Assembly: GCA_036172245.1 (NCBI GenBank)
Contig: JAYWIR010000104.1
Coordinates: 124,001-182,768, forward strand
Reading direction: 5' to 3'
Source: Raillietiella orientalis
Taxonomy: Eukaryota
DNA length: 58,768 nt
A program made the translations under genes and the position numbers. This document shows, in pieces, positions 33,001-47,207 of this stretch. Position 1 is the stretch's first letter. Each line of letters begins with the position of its first letter. The notes under the pieces were generated by a model, which worked only from the letters and a program-made list of their open reading frames with translations, made no database searches and was not told where the DNA came from.

Positions 33001-36000
33001 CAGGACTTACGCCATATTGAAGAGGCGGAGGACACGAAAACCTGTCCAGAACAAGTTGATCCTTCCATCAAACGCCTCCTGCAGATGCATCTGATGCAAC
33101 TGGTGGAATGTGTTGGGGTCCACTTCTCCCCTCTCATCTGCACCTTAAAGAAAGCTGCGTGCACCTCATCAGTGACCTGATCAGACGCCCTTCCACATTG
33201 AACAGATTGCTGTCTGCAGTGTCGAAACGAGTCCGCCTGTGAAGAAGACCCGAGTTGTTCGGTTGGGATTTGCAGGATGAAGTGCCCATCCCGATGTCTG
33301 GAGAACCTTCTCCACTGCTTTGCAGGCAAAGAGAGCTGAAGCAAAAACCCTTTCTACACCATCAAAGCTGACAAACCCGGCTGTGGGACTTTATTTTGGA
33401 AAAGAAAAGGTTTCGCCTCATCGAAATATGCGTTTAGTAAAGGAAATTTTCACATGAGAATTCTGTTGATGGAGGTCACAGGGTCTGAAAACTACCAATG
33501 GACGTCATTGGGAAATGATTATGAGAAAGCAGAGCTCAGTTCAGATAATATTTCCGTTATGGATGAAGTCTGTTTGGAGGAGGGTCGAGTTGATCTCGCT
33601 TCCGAAGAAGGGTCTGGAGATTTGGAACGGAGCATCGCTGCACCCGGAATTGGTCCTCCGTTGAAAGAGAGATGTAGAAGATTAAACTGGTAGATTCCTA
33701 ATTGGGTTCCCTCCCTCTTCCGAAGGGGAATCTTCGAAACCAGAGCCCAAATGCAGCGATGGTTTTTCGGATAATGTTTATGCAAGAAAAATGCAGATTC
33801 TTCTGCCTGGATTTGCATGCACGTCAGTTCGGTGCATGCATGTCTTCCTGCAGCAGTATTTGATTTCGTGTCATTCTGCGTTTCCATCGGCCAGCAACCG
33901 TCAGAATGGATTCAAAAAGGAACTTTTTATTCTGAAAAAAATGTGTCGATGAGAGCATTTTCTAGACACAATTTTTATCTCGTTATTTGGGTGGAGCGAG
34001 GAAACAGCGTGAAGATTTTACGTACACATCTGCCGCGCATTTCATCCTTTGTTTTGGATTCGGAAACATCGGAAAGGTTTTTCATTGAAAGGCTTTTGCG
34101 CTGTCCACCTGGACGCATCTCTCTGACCACCAGTCGTTCTCACAAAGTGACCTCGTCCCAAATCTTCGACGGGTGAATAGTGCGATTTGCGGATATGAGA
34201 ATTGGGCAGTTTGACAACTCCAGGATTCCATTCGCTTCCCGCAGCAGCAGCATCCTCACCGAAAGCGTCTGCTGTTTTTCTTGTGTACGCAACTTTGGTG
34301 GAGTCCATGTGCCCACTGCTTCTGCACGCCCGTGGGTTCAGCTGATGTTTGAGTGACATCGATCACAGCAGGGAGGTGTGATGTAAGTCCAGCTAATCGA
34401 TGAAGAACCACATGCCATCCTTCCCTTCTCGAACGCATCTCTGTCTCTCATTCTATAAGAATGAAGATACTGTTTCGATTTTCAATGTTTCCTAGAATTG
34501 GTTGTCTTCCTCATCGTGATTTCAACTGTTCCATAAAAAGTGAGTGATGTTCTGCCCATTTCTGGAAAGAAAGCAAAAGCGAAACTGAAGCGACAGCAAA
34601 ACTTTTGGGAAAATTATCCAAACTGACTGGAAGAACCTCTAAGAATTCGAAAGGCGGTATGAACTCAAATTGACATTAGGAGTTGAATTCAAGCTGTTGC
34701 TGTGTAGAGAAAAATGTGCTATAAGGCGTCTGCTTCATATGTTCAGTGACGGCAATGCGAGCAACCGATGAAGAAGCAGAACTCCTGTGAGAACGCGTCT
34801 TCATCAAGCTTCATTTCCTAGCAAGATTTCACAAGGGAAGCACTCGTTCTTCGACTTTTCGAAATCTACACATGAGAATAGTCTTCAATGTTCTTTCAGT
34901 CTAAGGAATAGCAACACCCAAATGAGTAATTAATCCCGCCTATTGGTATCTCTTAGATTGGCAAGGGCTATCCTCAAAGTATCAGGAACATCTTGCCAGA
35001 ATGCTCCTTTTCTTTTCTTCTTTCACCTTTGCATCAACTGAAGGATGCCTTTGCTTCATAGCCAAATGACGTCCTCTCGGGGCTCCCCTCATATAGGAAA
35101 AGCACCATTCGTTGTGATTGACAATCCGATGTTCTCGAAAGTTTCATTAGCTTACTGACTTTATTCCTTGTAATCAAAGCCTTTCTACAGACCCAAGTTC
35201 TGACTTCATGAGCTTCAGATATCAAGCTTTTCTTGATTTTGTTTTTGTTGTTTCTTTTTATTTATCTTTTACTTTTGCGCTCTCATTTATTGCATCTTTT
35301 TTCATGGCTCCAAAACATGCTCTGGACTGCGACGCTCCTGCGACTCGCACTGTGAGCCGCAAGAGCTTTAACAGGGAAATTTAGTTTCATTCCTACTCTC
35401 CATTGTGCCCATCTCCATACAGATCCAGAATCCGTTCATGGATCATTAATTTGAGCCACTTTCCTTTCTGATTTTGCCTCTAGGTCTCGCAAGCAATATC
35501 AACTCAAAAAAATGTGAGAAATGTTTGAAATCAACCACGATTTTGGAGGAGGGAATCTGTAGCAAGATTGAATTCCCATTCTTTTCGATGCTGAGTAATG
35601 AGTGTCCCTCAAAGCATACTGTAGAATTCAATGACAGGAAGTCCCTTAACGTTGCTCTCATTTCAGCTCCGCAGTGCAATCAATTTTCAGGCTATTGCCG
35701 TTCTAGAGTGATGTTTCTGCTAATCTATGAGAACGGTGAGCTATGGTTTCTTCTGATCAGAAGGGAAAGTTTGAAAATAGCGCAGATCCATTTCTCTCCT
35801 AAAACTTTTTTTTTTTTTTTTTTGAATGCGTTTTCCATCTTAAACTCAGTTCGGTGGTTCTTTCTTTCTTTCTTTTTTTTTTTTTTTCTTGGCAAATGGA
35901 TTTGCTGATCTACTAAAACAATTAAGTAGTCTTTTGGGTACATTTCGTGCTGAAAAGCTTGTAGAAATTCTGGGACTGAGCTTGTCGCTCAACAAGCTCA

Positions 36001-39000
36001 TGGGCTTGTTGAAATCATTGAAATTTTGTCAAATTCTGGATTCTACGTTCGCTGAAAGCACACACACGTCGCAAAGCACAAAAGATTTTCTGTAGTGTCT
36101 TGACTTGTACATGTTGCCTAGCACGCAACAGCCCACAGCCTGTGTACCATATACGTGTGTGCTCAAATGTTTGGCTACCGGCGCCTCAAACACGTTCCTT
36201 TTTGAGCCTTCATAGTGAAGAATGGCTGCTAACTCGAAAAAAAATAGATTCCTTTAGGAGGGATCTTCGTTTATGCACTTACAATCCTTCCGCCTCTACG
36301 GAAGATTATTTTAACTCTTTCTGTACTCGTTGGTCTTTCTCTGGGTTCTAGCGAGTATTTCAGGGAAAATTTTTGTACACGAAATGTGCTTGAAGAATGG
36401 ATTTTTCATACTTTTGGATTAGATGGCGAGCAGCAGGATATGATCTCAAAAAAGAGGATGGCCCTGGTTTTCTATATTCGATTGAGTCTTTGAACGCGCA
36501 CGTTGGGAGCCAATGAAGGTAAACTGTGTACTTAGGAAAAAGAGAAAATGCAATGAAATCGTGACCTCTCTAGAAGTTTAACTCCTTCTCATTTTAGAAT
36601 TGCCTACTTAAAATTGGAATCACTCGTTTAGGGAAAAGTTGACTGTGATAATTGTGATGCTCAAAGTTTCAACCATTTTATGTTCGTGATGCCAATCATT
36701 TCAAGTTCAGAGTGAGGCACCAAGCTAGAGTAGCATCACTTTTGAAAAACAGTGACATGGAATTCCACAGTTTAAGCTTCCTGCATCGAGGACTGAGATA
36801 TGTTTCGAAGTTTTTCAGACTTCTGGCTGATGAAGGAAAAACGGGGATAAAGTTTGTGACTTGCTATAATTTGCCTTTATCTTCCGCAAACTCAGATTAT
36901 CAAGTGAACCAGTTGGGTGTCCACTTAAATGAGGTAACTTTGCATTTTTTTTTAAAAAAATACGAGTCTACTCTTCTTCCTTTTTTCTTTTTTTCAGAGA
37001 AAAACGGCTCTTTTTAGTGTCGACATCACAGGTCTTACTGTAGTGGACAGAAGGGACTTGGTTTTCTGTGGAGTTGTGTCATCATTCTTGTTCTTATTCC
37101 ATCTTAAAAGGGGAGATACCCAGCATTGCCCAATATCATATTTGAATAACAGAGGGCTGTGAGAGGATATTTATTATTCCTTTTTTTTTGTTGGAAACCC
37201 TTACATTTTCAGAAAACACAAACGACATTTATAAGGATGGTTTGTACTATCCAAAAGTAAAGTCCACGGATTTGAGTTTTTCGTTCGAATAGTTTTCAAA
37301 ATTGCAGACCAAGTGATCCAAAATACGTGCATCCATCTTGTTTATTTCTCAATTTGCCATGGCGTCCAATTTTCTACCGGAAGTAGAAAAAAGCAACTTC
37401 TCATGGAGTCGCCAATCTTATTACTGGCTTAATATGCAAAACGCAAGCTGAATAGATTTCTGAATCCTTTGCTTATGCACCTAGTGTCACTAGTTGCAGT
37501 TCTTTAATGGATGGCAAACCACCAAGCATGCTAAGAGGGGGGGAGGGGTCAGCAAAAGTTACAGTACAGAGTCTTAAATCACTTGTTACATAGTCTTCAG
37601 AAGGTAAGACATGGAAGAGAGAGGGAAACATGTGGGAGAATGGGATTCATAACATTATTTTATTAGGGTTGGTCCATTTAATGAAATTAGCCTATTTACG
37701 AACGCTAACTCGTTACTTTGAGGTGAGAACAGCACAAAATGCTTAGCTTCTAACTTTACACTCCGTACTGTTCTGGGGATCGCCAGCGTACGAATTGTTA
37801 TTTGGGAAATGTTTGCTGACCACTTTGGTATACTTTGAAGCCACGATCAGTTTCAGTCCCTAAATTCGTTGCATTTCATTTCATCAAACATCCAACAGCT
37901 ATGTTTTTGTAGAAATAAAAGTTCTCCTCCTCAAGCCTCAAGGGAAATGTTCCATTTTTAGAAGCAGCTTCCGTTGTCATGACATTAATTCTCAATATTG
38001 AAATAATCTCAGGCCTGTACTTACCAAGCACGTTCTCATATTTTCAAACGAGGATAAACAAGAAACCAGAAATAAAGGAAAAGAACATATCAAATAATTA
38101 GAGAGTTTCGGAATGGAGTTTTTGATTTACTTATTTTAAAATGCAGTCGTGCTGAAAATATGTTCTTATTTCTCTTTAAAAAAAAAAAAAAAAAAGATGC
38201 AAAACTTCAGCTGTAAAACTTTTTTGGTTATTTTGAAAGTATATGTTTGGGTTAGTAATCATGTTTTTGTTTGGAAACTGGCTGAAATGCAATATACAAT
38301 GTGATATAACGTGTGCTATTAAGAATAGAACACGAGCTAAATACTAATTCGGTCTTTGATTGAATTGATCTAGTTTTGCTGATTCAATTTAGTAGTTCCG
38401 CAGAGCTATTGAGAGATTTCAATTATTTTTGGATTCGCATGCTCAGTATACGGTATACAGTTTCAGATGAATTTTAGATGTTGGCTTAGGCTGCTTGTTC
38501 ACCATGGCGGTATTTTTGTTCCTTTCTGGCGTGTACACGGCTCAACTCTTTTATTCAGTTCTTCGTCATCTCTAGATGATATTGCAACACTTGTTGTTTT
38601 CTCAGATTAAAAATAAAACCAAGTATGACATACTGTTCATTAGTTATAGCATGTTTCTTTTTTCTGAATGCTATAACCAACAGAATTCTCATATCTCCAT
38701 AGAGAGCTAGTTCAATAAAATGTTTTTACTTCAAATTAATAAATGATTTAATGCATATATTTCTCACGACGAACATAATGATAGGCACTCTAAAGGTAAT
38801 CGAAGGCGGTATTATTTACATTGCTTATTATGAAATTCACCCTGCTTTTTTCCTGATGCACATACATCGAATTCGTCTACCGCTAAAAGAAACGTTACAA
38901 TAGTTCACAGCAAGTGGATATGCTCCGGAAAAACAGCGGGAGATTGAAAGTACAGATTGCTCGTTAGCTGTTCTTAACAGGTTTCATGAATCGTCGTACT

Positions 39001-40767
39001 TTCCCTCTGCTTAAATTTTCCCTAAGCTCACACCGATGAAATCATACAGATATTTCTTATAGCGACATAATAAGCGCGTTGTGAAAAGAGCTACTTCAGA
39101 CTGTTCATACAGTTGGTGAACGAACTGTTCTAGAAATCGAAACAAAATGGAACCTTACTTATAATAACATCACCGAAAATCATCCAAAAATGCCTTTAGT
39201 TTTACCAATTGTCAGTTACATACTAGAACCGTTGCTACATTGAAATAGTATTCGAAGAACGATTACAAATCTTCGATTCAGAACTCCTACTGATTCGAAG
39301 AGTATTTTTTACTACTTCAGTTACTACTCAACTTAAGTGATTTGATGAAACTATTAATATTTAATGATCTTGAATATTGAAAGTAAATAATGAGAAATAA
39401 ACAATTTTTGGACAAGGAATACACTGTGCAAATGATAAATAAATCTTGATTAACTAAAAGAGAACTAAAAAAGTAGACTCGTTTTTGGAAGTTTCGAATA
39501 TTTGAAAATGTCCCCATTCAACACAAACATATGCGAATTGAAAATCAAATTTTCAGCTTAGTTAAAATTCGATAGATTTAAAAGCCGCATAGAACTTGAC
39601 CTCGGAGGAAAAATATATAAGTTGCACAAACACTAAGCAGCAACAACTACTTTGCAAAATTACCAATTATGACTTTTAAGAAAATAATCTTATCAAGGTA
39701 TTAATCAATGGATTTTTCATTTAGAAAGGAATTTATAAACTCCTGACTATGCATATGTTTGCAAAATTCAGTAGTCAGCCGTAAGGATTTATAAAGGATG
39801 AAAATAGATACAAAAGCATTTGCTGTTATTAGTAATGTAATGAGTGATTTTTTCTAAAGAATGCAAAAATGGGGTTTTATTTCCAAAATTTATTCAAAGC
39901 TGAGCTTCAGAAAAGTGGATCCAATTAGATAGAGAAGTAGGCAAAGATGGAAAAATCAGTTTACATTCACATGAAAACTTCAGAATAAAAATCAAAACTT
40001 TTTTTTTTTAACTGAATGGAAGCACTATATCTTATTTCAAGGCAGAGAATCCGAGTAGTTGGAAGCATGACAAAATAAAACTAGATGATTGAAATGCAGA
40101 CATATGCAACCGACTTCATATGAAGGAATTTAGAAGTATTTTTCGAAAATAAATCTCGTCAATGTTTGACATTTTTTATTTTATCATGGCTGTGTAACTG
40201 ATGTATTATTAATAAATGATTTGCTTGAGATTATTTTTAATCCCAAAGGATTGAAATTCAAGTCACGATATTCTGTGCAATGCTTATCGGTAACCTTGAA
40301 ATAATGAATTAATGTTACGTGTAAGTGATTGAAGCTCTTTTATTTATACAATACGTCAACTGTTTTCTGATAGATTAGGTTGTGGTATTAATTTAGTTTA
40401 TGATACCTATTGTATGTAATTTGTATTTTTCAAAAAGTTGTTCTGTGTTGTTTCATATAGCTTATGAAAAAATTTCCACAATTCGAAATCGATTTTGTCC
40501 GAAAGGTAGATTGATTGTATTCCACTTCCAACTTGAGTTTAACATACAGTAGAAGCTTTTCGAAGCTTCTTCCTTGGTGTATTGGTTTATTTTGATCTAG
40601 AAGTAAGAACGCGAAATAGTGAAATCGCTTGTTTTTTCTTATTTCCATGCGCCCGGTTTGTTTTCTTTTTGTAATAACGTTATGAAAAATGATTGCGCAT
40701 TTTCTTGAACTCACTGAAGTCAACAAATTTATGGGCATTTTCTAGTGTTTCATGTAACTGAGTTTTC

Positions 40768-41778
40768 ATGGATGCAAGAAGAATTTTGCATTTTGTTTTA
40801 AAAGTTGGTGATAGAAAAAAGATGATCCAATTTTGTAAAGATATTCTAGGAATGAAGGTATTAATACTGATGAAAACGCTTATCTCATGATGTTCTAGAT
40901 TCTTCGACATGAAGAGTTTACAGAAGGTTGCAAAGCATCTTGTAATGGGTATGTATGCCTCCTAAAACTATTGACTCATTTCAAGATAGCCCATATGATG
41001 GGAGATGGAGCAAAACGATGGTAGGATATGGTCCAGAAGATGAACATTGTGTTCTTGAACTTACATATAATTATGGAGTAGGCAGTTACAATGTTGGAAA
41101 TGATTTTCTTGGTATCACTATAAAATCATCACTAGCAGTGGATAATGCTAACTCATACAATTATCCATTGGCTAAGGAAGGGGATAAGCATGTTCTGCTC
41201 TCACCTGGAGGGTATAAATTTTTCATTGAAACGTGTGCTGTGGGTAATGGTAGGTTTTGGTTTTCTTTGAACTGTATTTTAACACTGTTTCAGAAGCAGT
41301 AGTAGAGGTGGCATTAGCATGCAATAGTTTGGCGAGATCGTTACATTATTGGCACAATCTTTTGAAGATGACAATTTACCAGCAAACAGAGAAAGAAGTC
41401 ATCCTTGGTTACAGTCAAGATCAAGCTAAACTACGTCTTGCTGAAATTGGCATTCCTATTGATCATGCCAGTGCATATGGCAGAATTGCATTTGCTTGTC
41501 ATTCCACACAACTCCCTATTATTCAGAATCTGATAGATGAGCAAAAGCAAACTACAATCACAAGACTTGTTAGCTTGGATACTCCAGGAAAAGCAACAGT
41601 CCAAGTAATTATTTTAGCTGATCCAGATGGTCATGAAATTTGCTTTGTGGGTGATGAAGCATTCCAAGAGTTATCACAAGTTGATCCAGAAGCAGATCAT
41701 TTATTACAAGATGCGATAGCTAGGGACTCATCAAATGAATGGTTTGAAAAACATCGTCAAGGAAAAGCATCAGTATAG
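40768..41778 (+). CDS. GLOD4: Glyoxalase domain-containing protein 4; exons 40768-40857, 40899-40948, 40990-41249, 41294-41778
   Basis: Spliced product [87 protein letters not shown] introns of 41, 41 and 44 nt keep the frame. Confidence 0.96.
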
Positions 41779-43225
41779 TTGGCAGGCTGTTAGTAGTTTA
41801 ATGATGTGCTCAGTAACAGAATGAGACTTCTTAATTGGAGAAAATACAAGTTTCTGAAGTTCATCTTTGGTATAAGCATGCATGACAAATTGGCTGCAAC
41901 TGTCACAGAATGCTGACATACATTTGGCAAAATCAATCTTACCCTGTAGTAATAGATACCAGTGAGGCATGCTTTTGTAAGGCGGCAGCTAACATAAACA
42001 TGGCATCTTCATATTCTTTGGTTGACAGCAATACATGTTTGTCCACATGCTGGTATGGTCTTAAAATGTACAGAATTTCATTGGTAATTGTATAGAGCAT
42101 TGTGATATGTGACTTGGAATATGGTTCTTTTGGTAATAACAATGTGATTGTTAGAGAACCTTGCTCCTGTATGTACAGACAAAGTGATTTACATATTTTC
42201 ATGTTATTTGATGGGATGTATTCTGGAACATAGATCCTTAAAAGTTTAGTGGGATGAGGTAAGGGTAGTGATACAGAAATTGTATCAGCTGGTATCTGCA
42301 AGTAACGTTGGTAACTGCAAATCAGTACATTAATTATTGTTCTTGCCTCATTACGCATTAGTAGACTAAGGTGCTCACACAAAACAGGATCCAGCTGACA
42401 AAACAGAATTCTAAGTAACAGGATCAGTTCATGTTCCCTGTATGTTATGCTCACCTATCTTCACAAAATAGAGCACCACCTTGAGCTCCAGTGAGCAGTA
42501 AGCATAACTGAAGTTGTGTGCCTACATAAGAATCTTGTTGAGCTTTGCATGTTCTTCCATGTTCTCTAGCAAATGCAATTTCATTTTGATTGGCAGTTTT
42601 GTTTAACATAGAGCCTAACATGCTTCTGAGCACTTCTTTTGTATTACCACAAGCTTCAACAAATAAGTCAAGTGTTGTTCTGATCTCAATCAAAAATTCA
42701 TTTCTTGGAAGTTTCATCATTTGTTTGTAGAGATACTGTTTAATGGAACCATGGAAGGTGTTAAAAAATTCAAGAAAGTGATTGGTGATGTGAAACAGAA
42801 GCTGCTTACTGTAGCTGGCATGACAACCAAAAATCTGTAAAAATAAAGGATGCATGATTCAAACACCAATTAAGTAGCAGCCGAACAATAATCTAAGATA
42901 ATTTAGGTAATTTTATCACTATCAAGCTGCCACATGGCAAGAATATGAATAAATACTATAATATATTTAAGCTGAATACCAGAATAAATTGGTCAAAGTT
43001 TTTAACAAGAAATTTTTGCTTAGCTAAACAAATGATTTGCGTTTCTCCAAACGTAGCTGCACAAAATTTTATCATTCCTACTAACTGTCCAAGGAGTAAT
43101 TGTTTATCCACTGATGTTGCATACGGATATGCGTATATGTTGGAATCAATCAATCCATCTTCACTAGATTCCAATCTTTTCTTATCGCAAATAAAAATAT
43201 CAGAATAAAAATTTCCAAAATCCAT
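41770..43225 (-). CDS. HPS4: HPS4-like (CCZ1/HPS4 longin family, BLOC-3 subunit), compact and divergent; introns 42835-42979, 42411-42454, 41900-41942, possibly more in-frame micro-introns
   Basis: [47 protein letters not shown] resembles HPS4 FFLYD..EEGD..ICYFYP..QQELLCGQIAGVV..VRLRKLKF. GT-AG splicing joins four ORF-track segments in frame. Confidence 0.72.
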
Positions 43226-46200
43226 CGTGGAACCATGCTACACATAAAAAAACATACAAATACTTCAGCACACCTATTGAGTATTAGGATCCCATGTTCG
43301 GAATTAAAGCCCATGATACAAAGCAGTTAAATATCTTTATGTAAAAGAGATACAAGACACGTGATAGACGCATTTGCATTTTGGATAAAATCATAAAACA
43401 GCAGCATGGACATTCAAGCTGGTTCGAAAATAATGGGTGCCATTTTGATGAAAGTATCACGCAGTGAATGAGCTCTTGCCCGTTTCGATACTTCAGGAAT
43501 TTTCTCATTGTTTTTTGAAAAATACAAGAAGACGTTCTCTTGAAGGTATAATACTTTCGCACATCTGTGATGCTTGCATACAACTTCATAGTTGCTTTAA
43601 TGAAAATGATTTAATTTTTGTCAGGATCAGACGGAGCATGTTGCGTGAAAACAAGTATATCAATGACATCAGCGATTTTCATTACTGAAGATATGTATTA
43701 GAAGGTTGAAAGTAAAGATTTTTGATGATAATCTAATTAAATCAATAATGGCGCAAAGAACTTTAGCAACAATTTTTAGTTTTCATATTCATTTAGGAAG
43801 TTTAATGAGATATAAAGTGTAGTCGAAGTTATTAAATATTTTTGATGTGATGTGATAGTGCATTATACCTAGTTGATGATTAAATTTTAAAAAGAAAGCG
43901 TTGGATTAAATTTTAAAAGGAAAGTTGGCTTCCACTATAGTGATGATGACTGGAGTCATGAAACAGATAAGGAACTCAACTATGTCTGCAAAAAATAAAT
44001 TGAACTTCGAGGGTGAATAACTAGGATGAGGCAACGAATTGTACACCGTATCTACAGTTTGACTTGCTAGACCAATCTGGTCATCGGTGACTTGAGCTTT
44101 ATGTAGAGATGATTCCACAGTTCTTGCCCTACTTGCGAACTGCATAGGAGAGACCAGTTATCTCTGAGCTCCCTGCGGTTCCATGAAGACATGAATCAAA
44201 AAAACTGAACTGCATTCACAGTGGTTTGAATAAAAGGTGATATTTTAAAGCTGTGATTACTCATAGTATTCAATTTTCAAGATTCTGGCATAAGAGTTCC
44301 TTTAGAGGAATTCTTCGAAGATATACGCCAAATATATCACAAGGATTTTCATAACTCCTTGTAGTGTAATTGTAATCACGTGTTGTTGATATCTGCTAAA
44401 CTCAAATTAAGTTTACGATAGGATAATTCTTCCTCTTTAGTTCTGCGTTACACATGACTTAAAGTAGATATGGAATGCAGAAAAAACGACACTTGGTTTC
44501 AACTGAAAACAAAAAATTTTCTTTGCAAAAATAATGAAAAGTGTAAAAAGAGGTATCAGTAAGACAGAGGACATACAGAATGAGAAACTACCACAAATGA
44601 TTTGTTAAGTAAAAAGATAAAATATGCAAATGATTAGAAAACCGCAATTTTTTTAACGTCTTGCGAAGTTAAGAATAATGCTGGCTTTCTAATCATTTTG
44701 AAGACATTTCATTTAAAATGAAACCATATTTAGACAGGCTGGTGTTATGGAGGAGTGACGTTAAGGGTTACTCGACTTCTAAGAAATGAATTAAGCTCAT
44801 GTGTTATAGATCGTGCGACATAGATCTTATCCCAGACCCTAAATATATGAAATAAAACTTTAAAAATGGCGAATCAAAGTTAAAACAGAAGCATCCATGA
44901 CTTTATCAGACTGTTTTTAGTCTAATGAAATCGACTAGTGTCACTATATCTTGCAATTCTAGTCTTGTAATTCATCTGGGTTTATGTAGAATAAAAAGTA
45001 AAAGAACAGGAAAATATGAATAAGAAAGGAGCATTTTGAAATTATGTTATTAACATTCCTATTAGTTATTGCGTAAATACCATCTGCTTCGTTATCATGA
45101 AAATATAAGTTCGTGTTTTATTCAAAAAATGTATGTAAATGTGTGGATCTCTTAGATTGCAAAATCAAGTTTATGGATAATAGCAGATTATTCAGATTCA
45201 CTCTTGAAAGCTGCATATGAGTATTTTCAATTCTCCCATATCTCTTAGTCCTTTGTAAAATTTCTAAAAGCGTCCCATTAAAAAAAATTAAAATTCAAAG
45301 AATCTTTGCGTGGAGTCAAAAACAAATAGTAAATTCTATGTTAAGATACCTTCATTGGAAATATTGATGTGGTTTCATAGTATCAAAAACATGACAATGC
45401 ATGTATATTTGTCCATTTTTAAGATCTTCAATTCCTTATAGAGCGCTCTCATAATCTACCTCTGAAAACGGTTCTCTAATAACATACCTGTGTACATCTT
45501 TCAAGCTAAATTAGATTCCCATCATAATAATGTACTTTCAAAAGGATATGAAGTTTATTTTTATAGAGATAATGTTCCAGAGTCACACCTATTCATCTTA
45601 GAAGAATTCAGGGTTAAACTGTTTTGGGTTAAGCTGCTTCTATTTTCAGAATTTCATGATCTTGAAATTTTGTTGCGATTATGAAATTATCTATTATGCA
45701 GGTAATAGGATCTTTGATGATAGAAATGCATCAGAGAATTATTTAAAACAATAAACAAGTTGAAGATACTTGTTCTGAAAATGAAAATTCAAAACAGAGT
45801 GCATTATATTTGTTTTGTTCAGAAAATACGATCTGTTTGGGTATAGAGTTCTGATGTAAGCAAGTTTCAGATACCATTTTCTATGCCGATGTAATAGGTT
45901 CCTGTGTAAAAACTTTCATTAATGTGCCTTAATTGATCAGTTAGCCTTTATGCAATCTACATCTTGATTAGAACTAACATTGTGAAGACTATTAGGTAAT
46001 GGAAAATAAGAAAAGAAAAGAAAATGAAAACGGTGATACAAAAAACGTGGTTTTCTTGAGAAATATTATTAAATAGGGAAGTTTGGCTAATGACTTTTTC
46101 ATCATCGGATCACACAAATCCTTCGTAAAGCTCTGATTTATCTAATTCTTCTAATTGCAATTTCATCACTGCAAGTATTAGACAAATCCGAGATGTAGTT

Positions 46201-47207
46201 ATGATACTGAGTGGCAGCTGTAACACAACTACGGACCCCTTAAATGAACTCATAAAAACGCGATCTAGCATCCAAGTAAATGAAAACGATGGTAATTTTG
46301 CCTTTATGCTAAGGGATCCTCACCTATTATTTCCCTTACTGCTTAAACAACTTTTTCTTTTCAACATGATGAGTAGAGAGCTTGTTGACACTATTGTTGT
46401 CATCTAGAAGTAATCAGAATCTATTTAACTTTTTACCACTCCGCTTCTTACACTATGATGTATAGATTTCATTTAGATAAAAGTTTCGTTTACATACTGT
46501 CGCATGGGGATGCCCTATCAAAATGAGCATTGAGAGTATTTATTATATGCAGTTTTTTAATGCTTGCTATTCTTACTCATAATTTGTCATGGTCTGTCCA
46601 AAAACAAAGTATCTGTAAAAATCATTTCTGTTGTATGTATCCAAGATTTTGCAACTTTATCTCTAAGACTACTTTCTGTAGAGGGTTCGCGGGATATTCA
46701 CGTTGGCTGTAGTGTGTTCTTGCTCTAAATGTGCAAATCTCTGCTATTAGCATGGACTTAGTTTAGAATGTCTTTAAAACAAAAACTGTGCTTGCTAATT
46801 CTGCAGACAGTCATTTTCTGCTGTTGAATAGCGTTTGAAAGGGGAATTTTACCTTTTCAAGAAGCGTTGTTGTGTAACTACTACCGTGGTAGAATTCGTT
46901 CAGTCGTGGGTATCATGGTATTTAGTATTTCTTGTGATGTCTATTTCGTACGAAAAGGTTATTGTATGTGTGCAATAGAAACCACATAATAGTTCCATTA
47001 TTGAATTTTCAGCCGAGGTTTTGTTGCATGCTTTCACATAAGTGTGCTTTTTTTGTTAGCAGTTTTGTCGCATCAGCTCACGAGTGATTTTATCACAAAA
47101 AATAATTTACCTTTATTGCATAATTGTATGGTATGTCTGTAAAATTTTATATACGTACAAAATACATTTTAGGATTGTGTACTTATATCATTGTTTTAGC
47201 ATACTTA

